From a virus (lineage: Duplodnaviria > Caudoviricetes), in the IMG/VR virus record IMGVR_UViG_3300020034_000026, positions 1 through 50,889 of that record: DNA of 50,889 nt. One strand, 5' to 3'. Every line of letters starts with the position of its first letter. The stretch's first letter is position 1. Below the pieces are notes generated by a model. That model saw only the letters and a list, made by a program, of their open reading frames with translations, searched no databases and was not told the origin of the DNA. Shown piece by piece: positions 9,736 to 19,230 of this stretch. A program made the position numbers and the translations under genes.

Positions 9736-9939
9736 CTACGCTTGTGCTACTCGATCATGAATGACGACGGATGACTCTTCCTGATCTCGATAAGGATGAC
9801 ACCAGCATAGAATTGATGTCGAATGTTCTCGTTCACCTTCGAACTGGGGAACGATATGAACATCATCTGGTTTGTCTTCTAGCTCCCGTACCAAGTTCTC
9901 AGGTCTACTTGTCCGTGCCTGCCTCTTCCTAAACGCCAT
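9736..9939 (-). CDS. Small hypothetical protein with H/C motif (H...H....CWCHP...H)
   Basis: Fills the gap between capsid and adaptor genes; likely start MAFRKR at 9939. Confidence 0.55.
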   Translation of the reverse strand: MAFRKRQARTSRPENLVRELEDKPDDVHIVPQFEGEREHSTSILCWCHPYRDQEESSVVIHDRVAQA

Positions 9940-10876
9940 CCGCATAGATGATCGCGCCCGGACGGTGGACGACGGTTCCCCCGGTTCGACCCATACAAAT
10001 GGTCTCAACCTTCAGGTTGTGCCACTGCGGTGGGAACTGTTCGAAGTCCTGTGGCAGAAGACCCTTGAGCACTCGTGGGTCACGTCGATAGCCAACCACT
10101 CGCTTGGTTCCACCCACGCCAGCAGTCTCCAGCTTTTCCGACTGGAAGACATTCTTGATGTAAGGGTCATTAGCTAGGAAGATGTTCATCAGGGTGTCAC
10201 CAGAGATATCATCTCGGCGAGTGATGAGACTTCCGTGGCTGGTAGTAGCTACAACGAGCGTATCGATTCTCTCGACACGATTGCTCTGCTGATAGACCTG
10301 CGCACTCAGTGCATGGAGATCCAGGAGGATCTCTGCACCAGTCTTGTCATCCCACTCGGGACTCGCATCTTCCCCATCAGGAACCGTGTACTCACGAACG
10401 GCCCCCACTCCGGTGAGTGGCTGGGTGAACAGACCAGCCATACCGACTTCGGTATCACCAGTGAGAAGGACGACGTCGAGGAATTCCTCGAAAGCGTCAC
10501 GTGCCGCAGCGGGTTTCTCCACGTCTAGACCAATGCCATTGGCTTGGGCCGTACGAAGCTCCTGAACATCCCATCCATACGCATCACCGAAATTCTTGAA
10601 GCGGGCAACTGCCGTCTTCACGAACACGTCAACGCGAGGAAAGTCATCAGACTTGCCACGTACCCACGCAGCACGTCCAACTCGGTCAAGGATCTTGTAT
10701 TCGATCTCTTCCTTGCCATTGGAAATGCCATACGAGCTAGTGGGAACAAGCACTCGTCCCATTAGCTCTGGATATTCGATTCTCTCAACTTCTCCACGTA
10801 CAGCGGCGATCTCCTGCGAAGTGAAGATCGACAGTGGAGCGTCAAGGCGTTCAAGTTCATCGAAACGATAATGCAT
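9929..10876 (-). CDS. Major capsid protein (DUF2184-like, HK97 fold)
   Basis: DDFPRVDV, YGWDVQEL, GLF and RTGGTVVHRPGAIIYADGV motifs; AGGAG RBS upstream. Confidence 0.9.
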   Translation of the reverse strand: MHYRFDELERLDAPLSIFTSQEIAAVRGEVERIEYPELMGRVLVPTSSYGISNGKEEIEYKILDRVGRAAWVRGKSDDFPRVDVFVKTAVARFKNFGDAYGWDVQELRTAQANGIGLDVEKPAAARDAFEEFLDVVLLTGDTEVGMAGLFTQPLTGVGAVREYTVPDGEDASPEWDDKTGAEILLDLHALSAQVYQQSNRVERIDTLVVATTSHGSLITRRDDISGDTLMNIFLANDPYIKNVFQSEKLETAGVGGTKRVVGYRRDPRVLKGLLPQDFEQFPPQWHNLKVETICMGRTGGTVVHRPGAIIYADGV

Positions 10877-10897
10877 CTTTTCTTCTCCTGCCTTGAC

Positions 10898-11437
10898 CTA
10901 TGATGCCAGGTTGACGAAGTCGACTTCTAGCTCAGCGATGGCCCCGGCTGAGGCAGCCGTCAACCACTCACCCTGGCCAGTGCAGTCGCGCGTGTCGGTA
11001 CCATCGGTGGCCGAGCGCAGGGCACCAGAGATCTCGGCGCCAGCGATGATTGCACGCACGTGCAAACGCTGCCCACGCGTACAGCCATTCTCGCAGATGA
11101 CCCAAATGCGACCCCTGCGCAGGATGGCCATCGTATTCTTCGGCTTGACGGCCCCGACAAAGAGCCCAGCAAACGTGTACCCCGAGTCTGCCAGGGCACT
11201 CGGAGCATAGTCGGTGCTGTAGATATGGATACCAAGGATGGTATCCAGAATGGCTTCCACGGGCTCCGCCGCCATCTTGCTGCCCGTGGCTGCACGGGCG
11301 ACAGCCGATCCGAACGGGATGGCTAGAGTGGCGTGAGTGTTGATGCCAGTGATGGTATCCTTGTCACCAACATCAGAGAGCATTCCAGGGAATGCAATGG
11401 CTGGCGCCAGAGGATACGTATCTTGGATGATAGCCAC
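10898..11437 (-). CDS. Capsid decoration/cement protein
   Basis: QDTY...AFPGML...IPFGSAV...ILRRGRIWV; sits between protease and MCP. Confidence 0.75.
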   Translation of the reverse strand: MAIIQDTYPLAPAIAFPGMLSDVGDKDTITGINTHATLAIPFGSAVARAATGSKMAAEPVEAILDTILGIHIYSTDYAPSALADSGYTFAGLFVGAVKPKNTMAILRRGRIWVICENGCTRGQRLHVRAIIAGAEISGALRSATDGTDTRDCTGQGEWLTAASAGAIAELEVDFVNLAS

Positions 11438-11440
11438 TAG

Positions 11441-12676
11441 CTATGCTCCCTTCTTCACAAAGCTCTGAGTCTTCCAGGCATCCCGACCCTTCTTGAGTCT
11501 CTCCTCACGAGCAACAAGCTCGGGATCCTTGCCGCTCACGTCCGTACGAGTGCCCCCGGACGAATGGGCTCGGACATGATCCGTGGCGTTCTGGGTCTCT
11601 TCCCGCGACTCCATCACAGAGTCATACCGGAAGTCCACGTAGTCATCGCTCTTGTCGGAAGGGATATCCTTGTTCGTCAGCTTCTTGACGATATCTTCCT
11701 TGACCTTGCGATCAGTGAGGCCATCCGTCTTGTAGTCCTTGCCCATGACTGAAGAGGCCTGTGTCTCGATTGCCATGCGCGCGCGGAGCTTGCCGGGAAT
11801 AGCCTTGATCTCCTCGGCATGATCCTTGACGAGCTTTTCACTCGTCTCCTTCAGAGTGTCTCTCTCAGCCTCGGCCTTGTCGGCACGAAGCTTCTCCGCA
11901 TCTCGAGTCTTGTTCGCCTCAACAAGACTCTTCTCAAGACTATCAACCTTGATAGTCAAAGTGCTCACCTGAGTGAGAGCTTCCGCCAGCTTCGGCAGAT
12001 CATCGGTTCCCGCCATCGTTCTTTCTCCTTGTCTACTGAAGATTGACTGAAGTCCCTGAACAATCGTATCCACAGATGGCATCTCACCATCTTCACAAGA
12101 CAACGAATCAGTGCGCATGTAGGCGCTGTCATCGTCATCATCAATGAAACTCTTTCCATCCATACGAATGGAAACAGTCTTCCCCGCGCGTCCAGCGGTC
12201 ACCACTGCAACATGGTTTCCACGGATCTTGCGCTGGACTAGATCGTAACGCTCACCCTCTGGGGTAACCCCAGGGGTGTGATCTGGCTCCATCGAGTAGC
12301 CAGACGAAATCTCTGTCTTACCCCCTTCTATCTTTTTGATGAGAATTTCATCAAAGACAGTAAGGGCACTCTTGACATGATCGTTCTCTAGATCACGGAC
12401 AACAGTCTCCCCAAGACTTCCTCGCGTATATTTGCTTGCATTGCGCGAAGTGACTTTCTCGTGAGGATGTTCATCCGTGACAGGAACTAGAGCAAAAGAG
12501 TCAAGAGTTTCTTCGGAAAATACTTCCTCAGGGGGACGATACTCTCTACTAATCTTCCCCTTGGAATCAACATAGATAAAGACACCAGTTCGACTGATGT
12601 AAGCATCGGCCCGGATCCTTCCATCATCAAGACGACGGACAGGACGAAGGGAGCCTCTGTCAAACCGGAACGCCAT
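11441..12676 (-). CDS. Prohead protease/scaffold (DUF2213-like)
   Basis: RTGVFIY, YRPPEEVF, PVTDEHP, EISSGY and GNHVAVVTAGRAG motifs, plus a coiled-coil C-terminus. Confidence 0.85.
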   Translation of the reverse strand: MAFRFDRGSLRPVRRLDDGRIRADAYISRTGVFIYVDSKGKISREYRPPEEVFSEETLDSFALVPVTDEHPHEKVTSRNASKYTRGSLGETVVRDLENDHVKSALTVFDEILIKKIEGGKTEISSGYSMEPDHTPGVTPEGERYDLVQRKIRGNHVAVVTAGRAGKTVSIRMDGKSFIDDDDDSAYMRTDSLSCEDGEMPSVDTIVQGLQSIFSRQGERTMAGTDDLPKLAEALTQVSTLTIKVDSLEKSLVEANKTRDAEKLRADKAEAERDTLKETSEKLVKDHAEEIKAIPGKLRARMAIETQASSVMGKDYKTDGLTDRKVKEDIVKKLTNKDIPSDKSDDYVDFRYDSVMESREETQNATDHVRAHSSGGTRTDVSGKDPELVAREERLKKGRDAWKTQSFVKKGA

Positions 12677-12723
12677 GGCGCGGAGGATTAATTGACAAAC
12701 CCTCGACGCGTCAAGGTATTTAC

Positions 12724-13014
12724 CTACTTTTTACGGGTCCAGCGAACGACAGATCGACGCTCAATCGAATCTTTTCGCTCATTTACCAGATCGAACGCCT
12801 TGCCCGCGTGGTAGGGAGCCGATCGCCCAGCCCTACGGATCTTCTGTTCAGTGACTCCATGGAACCTAGCGATCATCTTGGGATCCACCCCCCGACCCAG
12901 TTGAACGCGAACTTGCCTGATCTCGACAGCGCTGAGACCACAGGGGAGCCCATCTCGACGTCGCTGTATGCGATGCCTAGCCTTGATCAAGTGTAGGCGA
13001 TCGGCCCTTTTCAT
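12724..13014 (-). CDS. Basic hypothetical protein, possible HTH
   Basis: GVDPKMIARFHGVTEQKIRR resembles an HTH; start abuts the stop of the upstream gene. Confidence 0.45.
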   Translation of the reverse strand: MKRADRLHLIKARHRIQRRRDGLPCGLSAVEIRQVRVQLGRGVDPKMIARFHGVTEQKIRRAGRSAPYHAGKAFDLVNERKDSIERRSVVRWTRKK

Positions 13015-13236
13015 CTACCTTTTCTTTCCTACCTTGACATTGGCAGTGGGAGGATCCGTCCACTTGTCATCTGAGTCATCTCCCCCGTCACGACTTGGAG
13101 GAAGTGGAATAGCACTTGGCTCCCTCCCTTCAAGATTCAGGGGCAACTGTTCCATGGGCGGTGCACTACCTCGTGCAAGACGCACCTTTTCCGCATACTC
13201 ATCTTGCACCTTCTTTTTATCATTGATTTCACTCAT
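13015..13236 (-). CDS. Hypothetical protein
   Basis: GAGGA RBS before ATG; packed against the next gene. Confidence 0.55.
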   Translation of the reverse strand: MSEINDKKKVQDEYAEKVRLARGSAPPMEQLPLNLEGREPSAIPLPPSRDGGDDSDDKWTDPPTANVKVGKKR

Positions 13237-13249
13237 GATTTTTCCTCTC

Positions 13250-13278
13250 TTGACTTGTTACCAGGGATTCGGTAACCT
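13250..13278 (+). promoter_or_regulatory. Sigma70-type promoter for 13290..13544
   Basis: TTGACT-17 bp-TAACCT. Confidence 0.6.
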
Positions 13279-13289
13279 AACCAGTTGAC

Positions 13290-13544
13290 ATGTCACTAAA
13301 ACAAGACGACCCAAAAGCAGCCGCAGATTTCTATCGAGCACAGAGAATCTCGGGTGAATGGCAACCCAGGTTTGGCGAAAGCCTCATGATGCTACAGACA
13401 ACCGAGCACAACAGGGATGAACTCCTGAAACTCATGCATGAAGTTGACAATGATCTGGGACCCCCTCCAGATCCCTTGACCACAGGGGCCGGGGAAGATA
13501 CCGAACATCTCCTGAAGATCATGGCCACCCCTGAGCCTCAATAG
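13290..13544 (+). CDS. Hypothetical protein, lone plus-strand gene in the head module
   Basis: Has its own promoter; its 3' end overlaps the 3' end of the MuF gene. Confidence 0.55.
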   Translation: MSLKQDDPKAAADFYRAQRISGEWQPRFGESLMMLQTTEHNRDELLKLMHEVDNDLGPPPDPLTTGAGEDTEHLLKIMATPEPQ

Positions 13545-15246
13545 CTTCGATCATAGTCATTCTCTGCTGCCCAACTATTCCTAAGTCGTCAACGAAAGCT
13601 CCAACATGCTCACGTATTGTTGTGTGGCTTGTTGATCTCTTCTTGAATATCTCTGCTGCTCTCTCAAGTCTAGTAACTGATTCGGATACGCTATCACCTG
13701 TGATGCTTTGGATAGAGCCCAGCATAGAAGTAATTTGTTTTTGGTAGGCTTGCCCAGGTGCGCGTGTCTGCAGTGACGGAAGCCCAGGGATACCGATCTC
13801 TTCCCGTACCACTTTGCGGGATAGTACCTCGGTAACCACTTCCTCCACGCGTAGTCCCCCACCGTACAGGAAGCCGTGAGTTAACGGTGGACCATGCCCA
13901 TGGATTACTTCATGGGCGATGGTTGCCACTGCGTTGATGCGTTCGCTGGCAAGACCTATCTCCGCACCTTTGAACAGAGTACCTGCAGCCGAATGTTCAA
14001 AGAATTCTGAAGCTCTCTTAGCTACTTTGGGATTTATCCTAATGTTTGATGACCCAATGGCATGGTCCGCTTGTACCCCTGGGTCTAACCATTTAACAGC
14101 TACACTAGGGGTAAAAGCTGCATCGGAATTGTGCAGACCCCGCTTTGCCATGATGGCATCGAAGTTCTCCCGCACAACTACGGCTTCTGCAGAGATGCCT
14201 ACCTCAGTAAGCCCGCCCAGAGCAGCAGCGATCTCAACCGCACTAGATGCCCCGGCCACCATCCCTACAACCACAGGGGCCACGATCACTGGCGTCGGCA
14301 CTGGCGCCGGTGCTGGCTCAGGTAGGGGCTCGACCACCGGTGCGGGCTCAGGAACCAGAGGGGGTATGTCGGGCTCGACAGGCTCAGCGGGCTCGACCGT
14401 TTCCTCGGGTTCCTCTGGGGACTCTTCTACCTCATCCAGAATGTCATCTAGGACAGGGTCGGGGAAACAGCGGCAGTTGATGGGTTGACCGGGATGCCCA
14501 TCTTCTGGCGGGTCATCCCACTCAAAGATTTCTCCATCACGCTGGGCATGTTCATCTCGCACACGTTCATCATGAACAGTGCGCCAGAAGTACCGCTTGA
14601 TCCCTATCTCAGTTTGACGGGTACGGTTGAGGTTCCCGTAGAACTTCCCTACCTGATCTCTGGCAATCAGTCGCGCGCGATCGCGACCGAACCCTAGGCG
14701 GTTCTCTAGGTCTTCTGCGATGTCCCCGTGCAACTTCCCTGTGGTCACTCCACTAGTGATAGTACGCTCTATGTCACCAATCATCTTAGTGGGAATGTCT
14801 TTGATGAGAGCGACATTCTCAGCGGTGAATGTCTCGATCATTCCTCCGATCTTGCGATCAAGGAACTGAATATCGATGCCTAAGCCAGCCTCTATCTGTT
14901 TCGATAGCTGCCTACTCTGGTATCTACTAGTCTTGTCCGCGACTAGGGCAGCAACACTTTCTATATTTTGAGTGTTGAGTACAACCTTGTCGCGCGCACG
15001 TTGCGCGAGAACGGCAATGGTCCGAGCTTCGCCCTGGTCATGCTTTAGATCATCTGCAGCCTGAGCAAGTAGTCGAGGCGCCGCATCCAGTAGAGGCTGC
15101 AGAGCTTTCTCTGTACGATCTACTAGACCAAGTAAGATCGCAGCATACTCACCTTCGATGAGGCGAGGGGGTACTTGCTTGGGTACCTTGCGCCGCCTTT
15201 TGGCAAGGCTGTCACTTATCCCCCGAAGTAAGATACTAAGAGCCAC
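13519..15246 (-). CDS. Minor head protein (SPP1 gp7/MuF) with Pro-rich linker and C-terminal HExxH metallopeptidase-like domain
   Basis: RARLIARDQ, WRTVHDERVRDEH and HPGQPINCRC (MuF motifs); AHEVIH...EE in the extension. Confidence 0.85.
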   Translation of the reverse strand: MALSILLRGISDSLAKRRRKVPKQVPPRLIEGEYAAILLGLVDRTEKALQPLLDAAPRLLAQAADDLKHDQGEARTIAVLAQRARDKVVLNTQNIESVAALVADKTSRYQSRQLSKQIEAGLGIDIQFLDRKIGGMIETFTAENVALIKDIPTKMIGDIERTITSGVTTGKLHGDIAEDLENRLGFGRDRARLIARDQVGKFYGNLNRTRQTEIGIKRYFWRTVHDERVRDEHAQRDGEIFEWDDPPEDGHPGQPINCRCFPDPVLDDILDEVEESPEEPEETVEPAEPVEPDIPPLVPEPAPVVEPLPEPAPAPVPTPVIVAPVVVGMVAGASSAVEIAAALGGLTEVGISAEAVVVRENFDAIMAKRGLHNSDAAFTPSVAVKWLDPGVQADHAIGSSNIRINPKVAKRASEFFEHSAAGTLFKGAEIGLASERINAVATIAHEVIHGHGPPLTHGFLYGGGLRVEEVVTEVLSRKVVREEIGIPGLPSLQTRAPGQAYQKQITSMLGSIQSITGDSVSESVTRLERAAEIFKKRSTSHTTIREHVGAFVDDLGIVGQQRMTMIEAIEAQGWP

Positions 15247-15247
15247 G

Positions 15248-16885
15248 TTATCCGCGGCGCCTCTTGCCCCTGCCTTTGCTCTTGTACTTTCTTCTCTTGC
15301 TATCCTCTACAATGTCCGCTTCCTCGTCATCATCTTCACCTTTAATGGGAAGTCCATTCTCATCGACTCCGGCGGAGATCATCTTCTTTGCCTGTTCAGT
15401 CTTGATCTTTAGAGCATCCTCGATCTCATCGATATCCACGTTAGTATCCAGACTAAAACGTGCACTGGAGAATCTACTCTTGGTTACATCGATGGGGCGA
15501 ATGACTCCTTCGCGGATGTAGTTGATGTCTGCTGTACTCTGAGTGAGGTGAGTCTCGGCTCGTTCCTTCTCCGTCGGTTGCCACAGGGGGCGATAGGTAA
15601 TGTCCCAACTGAGTGGTTCTTCAGCCCCAAGTTTCTTGAAGACGAATCGAGTAACAGTCTCGACAGTAGAGGTTAGCTCTCGGCCTTGCGCAGCCTTGAC
15701 TCTGTCATAGAAGAATCGTACATCGCTGTCACCCGTGGCGTTCAACCCCCCTGGGCTGATTCCAAAAAGCCGAGTGACTGGTATGTCTGCAACCGCCGCA
15801 GTCCTCTGCATCCACAGAGTCATCATCTCAGGAAGCTGAGAAAGATTGACACTCTTCCTCTCAAAATCCTCTTGCTTGTCCAGGAGCATGAGGCGGAAGT
15901 TACTTCGAAACATGTCAATAGCAGTCATGCGATTGACAAAGATATCATTCTTCCCGCGTCCTACCATATCAGCAAGCTTATCCATCTTGATGATATCGAG
16001 ACTCATCACTTCGATCAATGCTGCAGCATTAGCCCACGTAAGGCCGAAGTCTCGCAAGACTTCGTGAGCAGCAGTGAGAGTGTTGTCCCCCCACCCAGGC
16101 AGCACCCCACTCAAGTACCCTCGAGTGACTTTCTTCCCTGAAAAAGTCGATAGCCTAGACTCATGAATCTGAATAGGCTGGCTGTTGCGTTCCCCTGTGG
16201 TTGACGCAAGCTCCCAAATCTTGACCTTGCCATACTTGGCTTCCCTAGGCTCGCTGTATCTTTCCTTGGGAGTGAGGAACTGGGGCTCTATGAAGTTGAG
16301 AAATTGAACATCAGTGACACGATCTATGTCCAGAGGAGTTGACCATCGCGAGATGTTCTCCGCCCCATCAAGAGTACCATAGATGGTCGCCCCTCCACCA
16401 AAGGCTCTCTTCCATGCAGAACACCAGTAGAGAGCATCATTGAGCTCTAGGTCATCCCAGACACCATGAACATCTGTCTGTAGATCAGTCTCTTCCCCAG
16501 GTACATCAAGGTCAAAGCCCTCACGCAACATCTCTTCAGGCCAGACCTCAATGATCTTGGAAGCAATGTCATTGCTACGCCATAGATCAATGGCAGTGTC
16601 TGTGTTGACAGTTGTAGTCGGTTGGACGAGGTAGGATTGACGCTTGTCCCGGACCGTCCCCATGGCAGTCTGCAGAGACATCCACCCATCACCACGCAAC
16701 TGATCCCGCAGCCCATCGAGGCGATCCTCGATGCGAGCGGCGTCGCCGGTGCCAGCTCGCGCGCGCGGGGGTGGGTGCAGGGGCGGGCGCCCGTCCGGGT
16801 TGGGCGACTCACCCCCCTTTTGCCACCCAGGATTGCCCCTCTTGCCGTTTCTGCCCGCAGGAGGGGAGCTATTTTGTTTTCCCAC
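15248..16885 (-). CDS. Portal protein (DUF1073-like)
   Basis: IHESRL, GWGD, ADIPVTRLFGISPGGLNATGDSD..FYD and PLWQPTEKE motifs; follows the terminase. Confidence 0.9.
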   Translation of the reverse strand: MGKQNSSPPAGRNGKRGNPGWQKGGESPNPDGRPPLHPPPRARAGTGDAARIEDRLDGLRDQLRGDGWMSLQTAMGTVRDKRQSYLVQPTTTVNTDTAIDLWRSNDIASKIIEVWPEEMLREGFDLDVPGEETDLQTDVHGVWDDLELNDALYWCSAWKRAFGGGATIYGTLDGAENISRWSTPLDIDRVTDVQFLNFIEPQFLTPKERYSEPREAKYGKVKIWELASTTGERNSQPIQIHESRLSTFSGKKVTRGYLSGVLPGWGDNTLTAAHEVLRDFGLTWANAAALIEVMSLDIIKMDKLADMVGRGKNDIFVNRMTAIDMFRSNFRLMLLDKQEDFERKSVNLSQLPEMMTLWMQRTAAVADIPVTRLFGISPGGLNATGDSDVRFFYDRVKAAQGRELTSTVETVTRFVFKKLGAEEPLSWDITYRPLWQPTEKERAETHLTQSTADINYIREGVIRPIDVTKSRFSSARFSLDTNVDIDEIEDALKIKTEQAKKMISAGVDENGLPIKGEDDDEEADIVEDSKRRKYKSKGRGKRRRG

Positions 16886-16908
16886 GGATCAAATTCTTAA
16901 CCGATCGT

Positions 16909-17058
16909 CTAGGTCGAGGGCAAGCCCCGATGCGTCCGAGGGCACTGGGCCCCGCCAAGCCATATACGCCAGCCATTTTTCATGGCTTCGTCTAAGGTGG
17001 CAACTATCTTCTTTCCACAGAGAACGCAGACGATCGTATTCTTGACTCTCTTAGGCAT
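16909..17058 (-). CDS. Small zinc-finger-like protein (49 aa)
   Basis: Below the ORF-track cutoff; MPKRVKNTIVCVLCGKKIVATLDEAMKNGWRIWLGGAQCPRTHRGLPST fills the terL-portal gap. Confidence 0.55.
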   Translation of the reverse strand: MPKRVKNTIVCVLCGKKIVATLDEAMKNGWRIWLGGAQCPRTHRGLPST

Positions 17059-17082
17059 TGTTACTTTTACTTTTTACTTTAC

Positions 17083-18609
17083 TTACATCTGTCCGAGCAT
17101 GATGGTTCGAAGTTCATCGATGTTCTGAGACCCATAGATGATGCCTTGAGAAGTAGCATCTACACGGTCATTCTTGCGACCTAGCTTGGGGAAGGTGTTC
17201 CACTCATGGAACCACTTGCCTAGCCATGGTGCGCCCTCGGGAATAACCACCTGTCCTGCTTTGACCACAGGGACAATCGCGTTGCCACGAGCTTCCTTGC
17301 CACCTTCGGGATCTACTTCGATGATGCCGCGAACCTTTTTGAACAGATGATTGACAATGGCCGAGCCATTAGCCTTCGCTTCCACAAGTACACGACCAAT
17401 GCGATTGTCTCCTTCGGTTACTGCAACGATGTTCTCGCATGTCTCATCGAAGGTCATATGGTCGGTGTAGTCTTCCAAGACAAACACAAGGGCATCAAGA
17501 AAGCCTAGCTTTACCATCCCTACTCTAGAGCCCGTGTCAATCTTTTTGAAGGCTGCGTCTACCGACAACAGAATCGCATCGAAGTCATCATCATCAGGAA
17601 GTATGATAGAGCTATTTGAATTGCAACCCTTTGGGCGAACGTAAGCTCTGTTATCCCCTTTACGCTTCCAGAAGTTCCACCATGTCTGCTTAAACATGCC
17701 ACCGCCGCGAGGTGCGGGCGCCTGTTGAAACTGGGCAGCTGTAGCGTAGGGACCCATGGCTTTCTTGTCGCGCTCAACTACTTCACGAGTCATCTTCTCA
17801 GGCCACAGAAGCTCATTGTCCAGAGTACGTGGATCCTGAAAGAACAGCCGCTCGTTGATGTACACAAAGCACTTGCGATCTGGTTCGAATTCCATAGGCA
17901 GCATGAGGTGCGTGTACCCAAGCTGTGCCTCGAGGATATGACCGCTTACATCAGAGTCACCAACACGCTGCATAATGACGATGATCGCAGACTTCTGCGC
18001 ATCGGCTAGCCGAGTGGGCAACACCTCATCAAACCACAGGAGGACCTCTTTCTGCTTAGCCTCCGATTCCCCTTCTTTGATGTTGTGGGGGTCATCAACA
18101 ATGACGCGATCGGCTCTCTCACCGGTACCTAGACCACCAACCGAAGAGGCAATCTTCCACCCCATCTTGTTGGTGTCGAATCGAATCTTGGAGTTCTGAT
18201 CTCCGACAACATGAAAACGATCACCCCACCGGGACTGATACCACTTACTCTGGATGATGTTTCGAGAACGGCGGTTGTCTCTCTTAGTCAACTCATGGGA
18301 ATACGACATGCACAGGTATCGTAGCCCTGCATGATTCTTTGGGCCCCACTCCCACGTCGGCCAAAAGACTTCAGTCGATAGACTTTTCATCAGCCCCGGA
18401 GGCTCATTGATGAGAAGCCTGTTGATATGACCCGCAGATACCGCGCTCAGATGGTCATTGACTGCATCTTGATGCCACCCAGGAATCATGTCTCGGGTAG
18501 GCTCAACAATATGCCACGCCAGGCGCGAGTAAGCCGATAGGCTCTCAGCGCTATCAATGATATCTAGCTGTCGTAGAGTCTCTTCAGGATCTAAATCAAA
18601 AGCGTACAC
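17083..18609 (-). CDS. terL: Terminase large subunit
   Basis: RLLINEPPGLMKS (Walker A), TGERADRVIVDDPH (Walker B), IIVIMQR, SVDAAFK, VEAKANG and NDRVDATSQ (nuclease). Confidence 0.95.
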   Translation of the reverse strand: MYAFDLDPEETLRQLDIIDSAESLSAYSRLAWHIVEPTRDMIPGWHQDAVNDHLSAVSAGHINRLLINEPPGLMKSLSTEVFWPTWEWGPKNHAGLRYLCMSYSHELTKRDNRRSRNIIQSKWYQSRWGDRFHVVGDQNSKIRFDTNKMGWKIASSVGGLGTGERADRVIVDDPHNIKEGESEAKQKEVLLWFDEVLPTRLADAQKSAIIVIMQRVGDSDVSGHILEAQLGYTHLMLPMEFEPDRKCFVYINERLFFQDPRTLDNELLWPEKMTREVVERDKKAMGPYATAAQFQQAPAPRGGGMFKQTWWNFWKRKGDNRAYVRPKGCNSNSSIILPDDDDFDAILLSVDAAFKKIDTGSRVGMVKLGFLDALVFVLEDYTDHMTFDETCENIVAVTEGDNRIGRVLVEAKANGSAIVNHLFKKVRGIIEVDPEGGKEARGNAIVPVVKAGQVVIPEGAPWLGKWFHEWNTFPKLGRKNDRVDATSQGIIYGSQNIDELRTIMLGQM

Positions 18610-18612
18610 AAT

Positions 18613-19023
18613 CTACTCGTCATCACTGGACTCAGAGTCTCGCTTGACTCGAGTCTTCAGTAGGATGTTTCGTAGATCCTGGCGTTCCTTGGGACCGAGT
18701 TTCTCAAGGTCCATGGTCTGAATCGGACCACCATCGGCACCGGTATGCTGCATGATGACAGTGTCGGTCTGTCCGAGATACTGGCGCCCCAGCCACTTGG
18801 CCATGGCCGCGTTGCCGTGCGCCAGGATCATCTGCGAGCGGCGCAGTCCCACAAGTCCCTGTTGACGCCCGTCTTCCCAGGCCTGAGCGGCGCGCGCATC
18901 GTATTTCAGGATCCGCTTGAACCATTTGACGCGAACCCCAAAGAATCCCGCCGCTTCCCGTTCAGTCACCTGAAGCATGGACAGCTTGCGGATTTCACTA
19001 ACCTTGATCTCTTTGCGCGGCAC
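18613..19023 (-). CDS. terS: Terminase small subunit
   Basis: Directly upstream of terL; N-terminal HTH, GNAAMAKWLGRQYLGQ and HTGADGGPI motifs. Start GTG at 19023 (alternative 19047). Confidence 0.75.
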   Translation of the reverse strand: MPRKEIKVSEIRKLSMLQVTEREAAGFFGVRVKWFKRILKYDARAAQAWEDGRQQGLVGLRRSQMILAHGNAAMAKWLGRQYLGQTDTVIMQHTGADGGPIQTMDLEKLGPKERQDLRNILLKTRVKRDSESSDDE

Positions 19024-19029
19024 GCCCCG

Positions 19030-19057
19030 AGTATACCCACGACGCACAAAAAGACAA
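19030..19057 (-). promoter_or_regulatory. Putative promoter of terS/late operon (leaderless)
   Basis: TTGTCT-16-TATACT, then 6 nt to GTG at 19023. Confidence 0.4.
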
Positions 19058-19096
19058 AGGGCCCAGTAGGTTCCGAATCACCTGAGCCCTTTGCCT
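19047..19096. terminator. Intrinsic terminator-like hairpin
   Basis: CAAAGGGCCCAG...CTGAGCCCTTTG stem with T-rich tails on both strands. Confidence 0.5.
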
Positions 19097-19230
19097 TTAC
19101 TTCTTTTTGTCTTGTATGGTCTTCCTTGGGGATAGACACTTTCAGCTTACACCATTGGCACCCTCTTCTTATTTATTTTTTAGGTTTACAAGAATGAGAA
19201 AGAGGACTATTCCCCTTCCTTCACCCGCCT

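Noticed and set aside
15248-16885. Anti-CBASS Acb1 annotation for the DUF1073-like gene
   Set aside because: Size, motifs and position between terL and MuF identify it as the portal.
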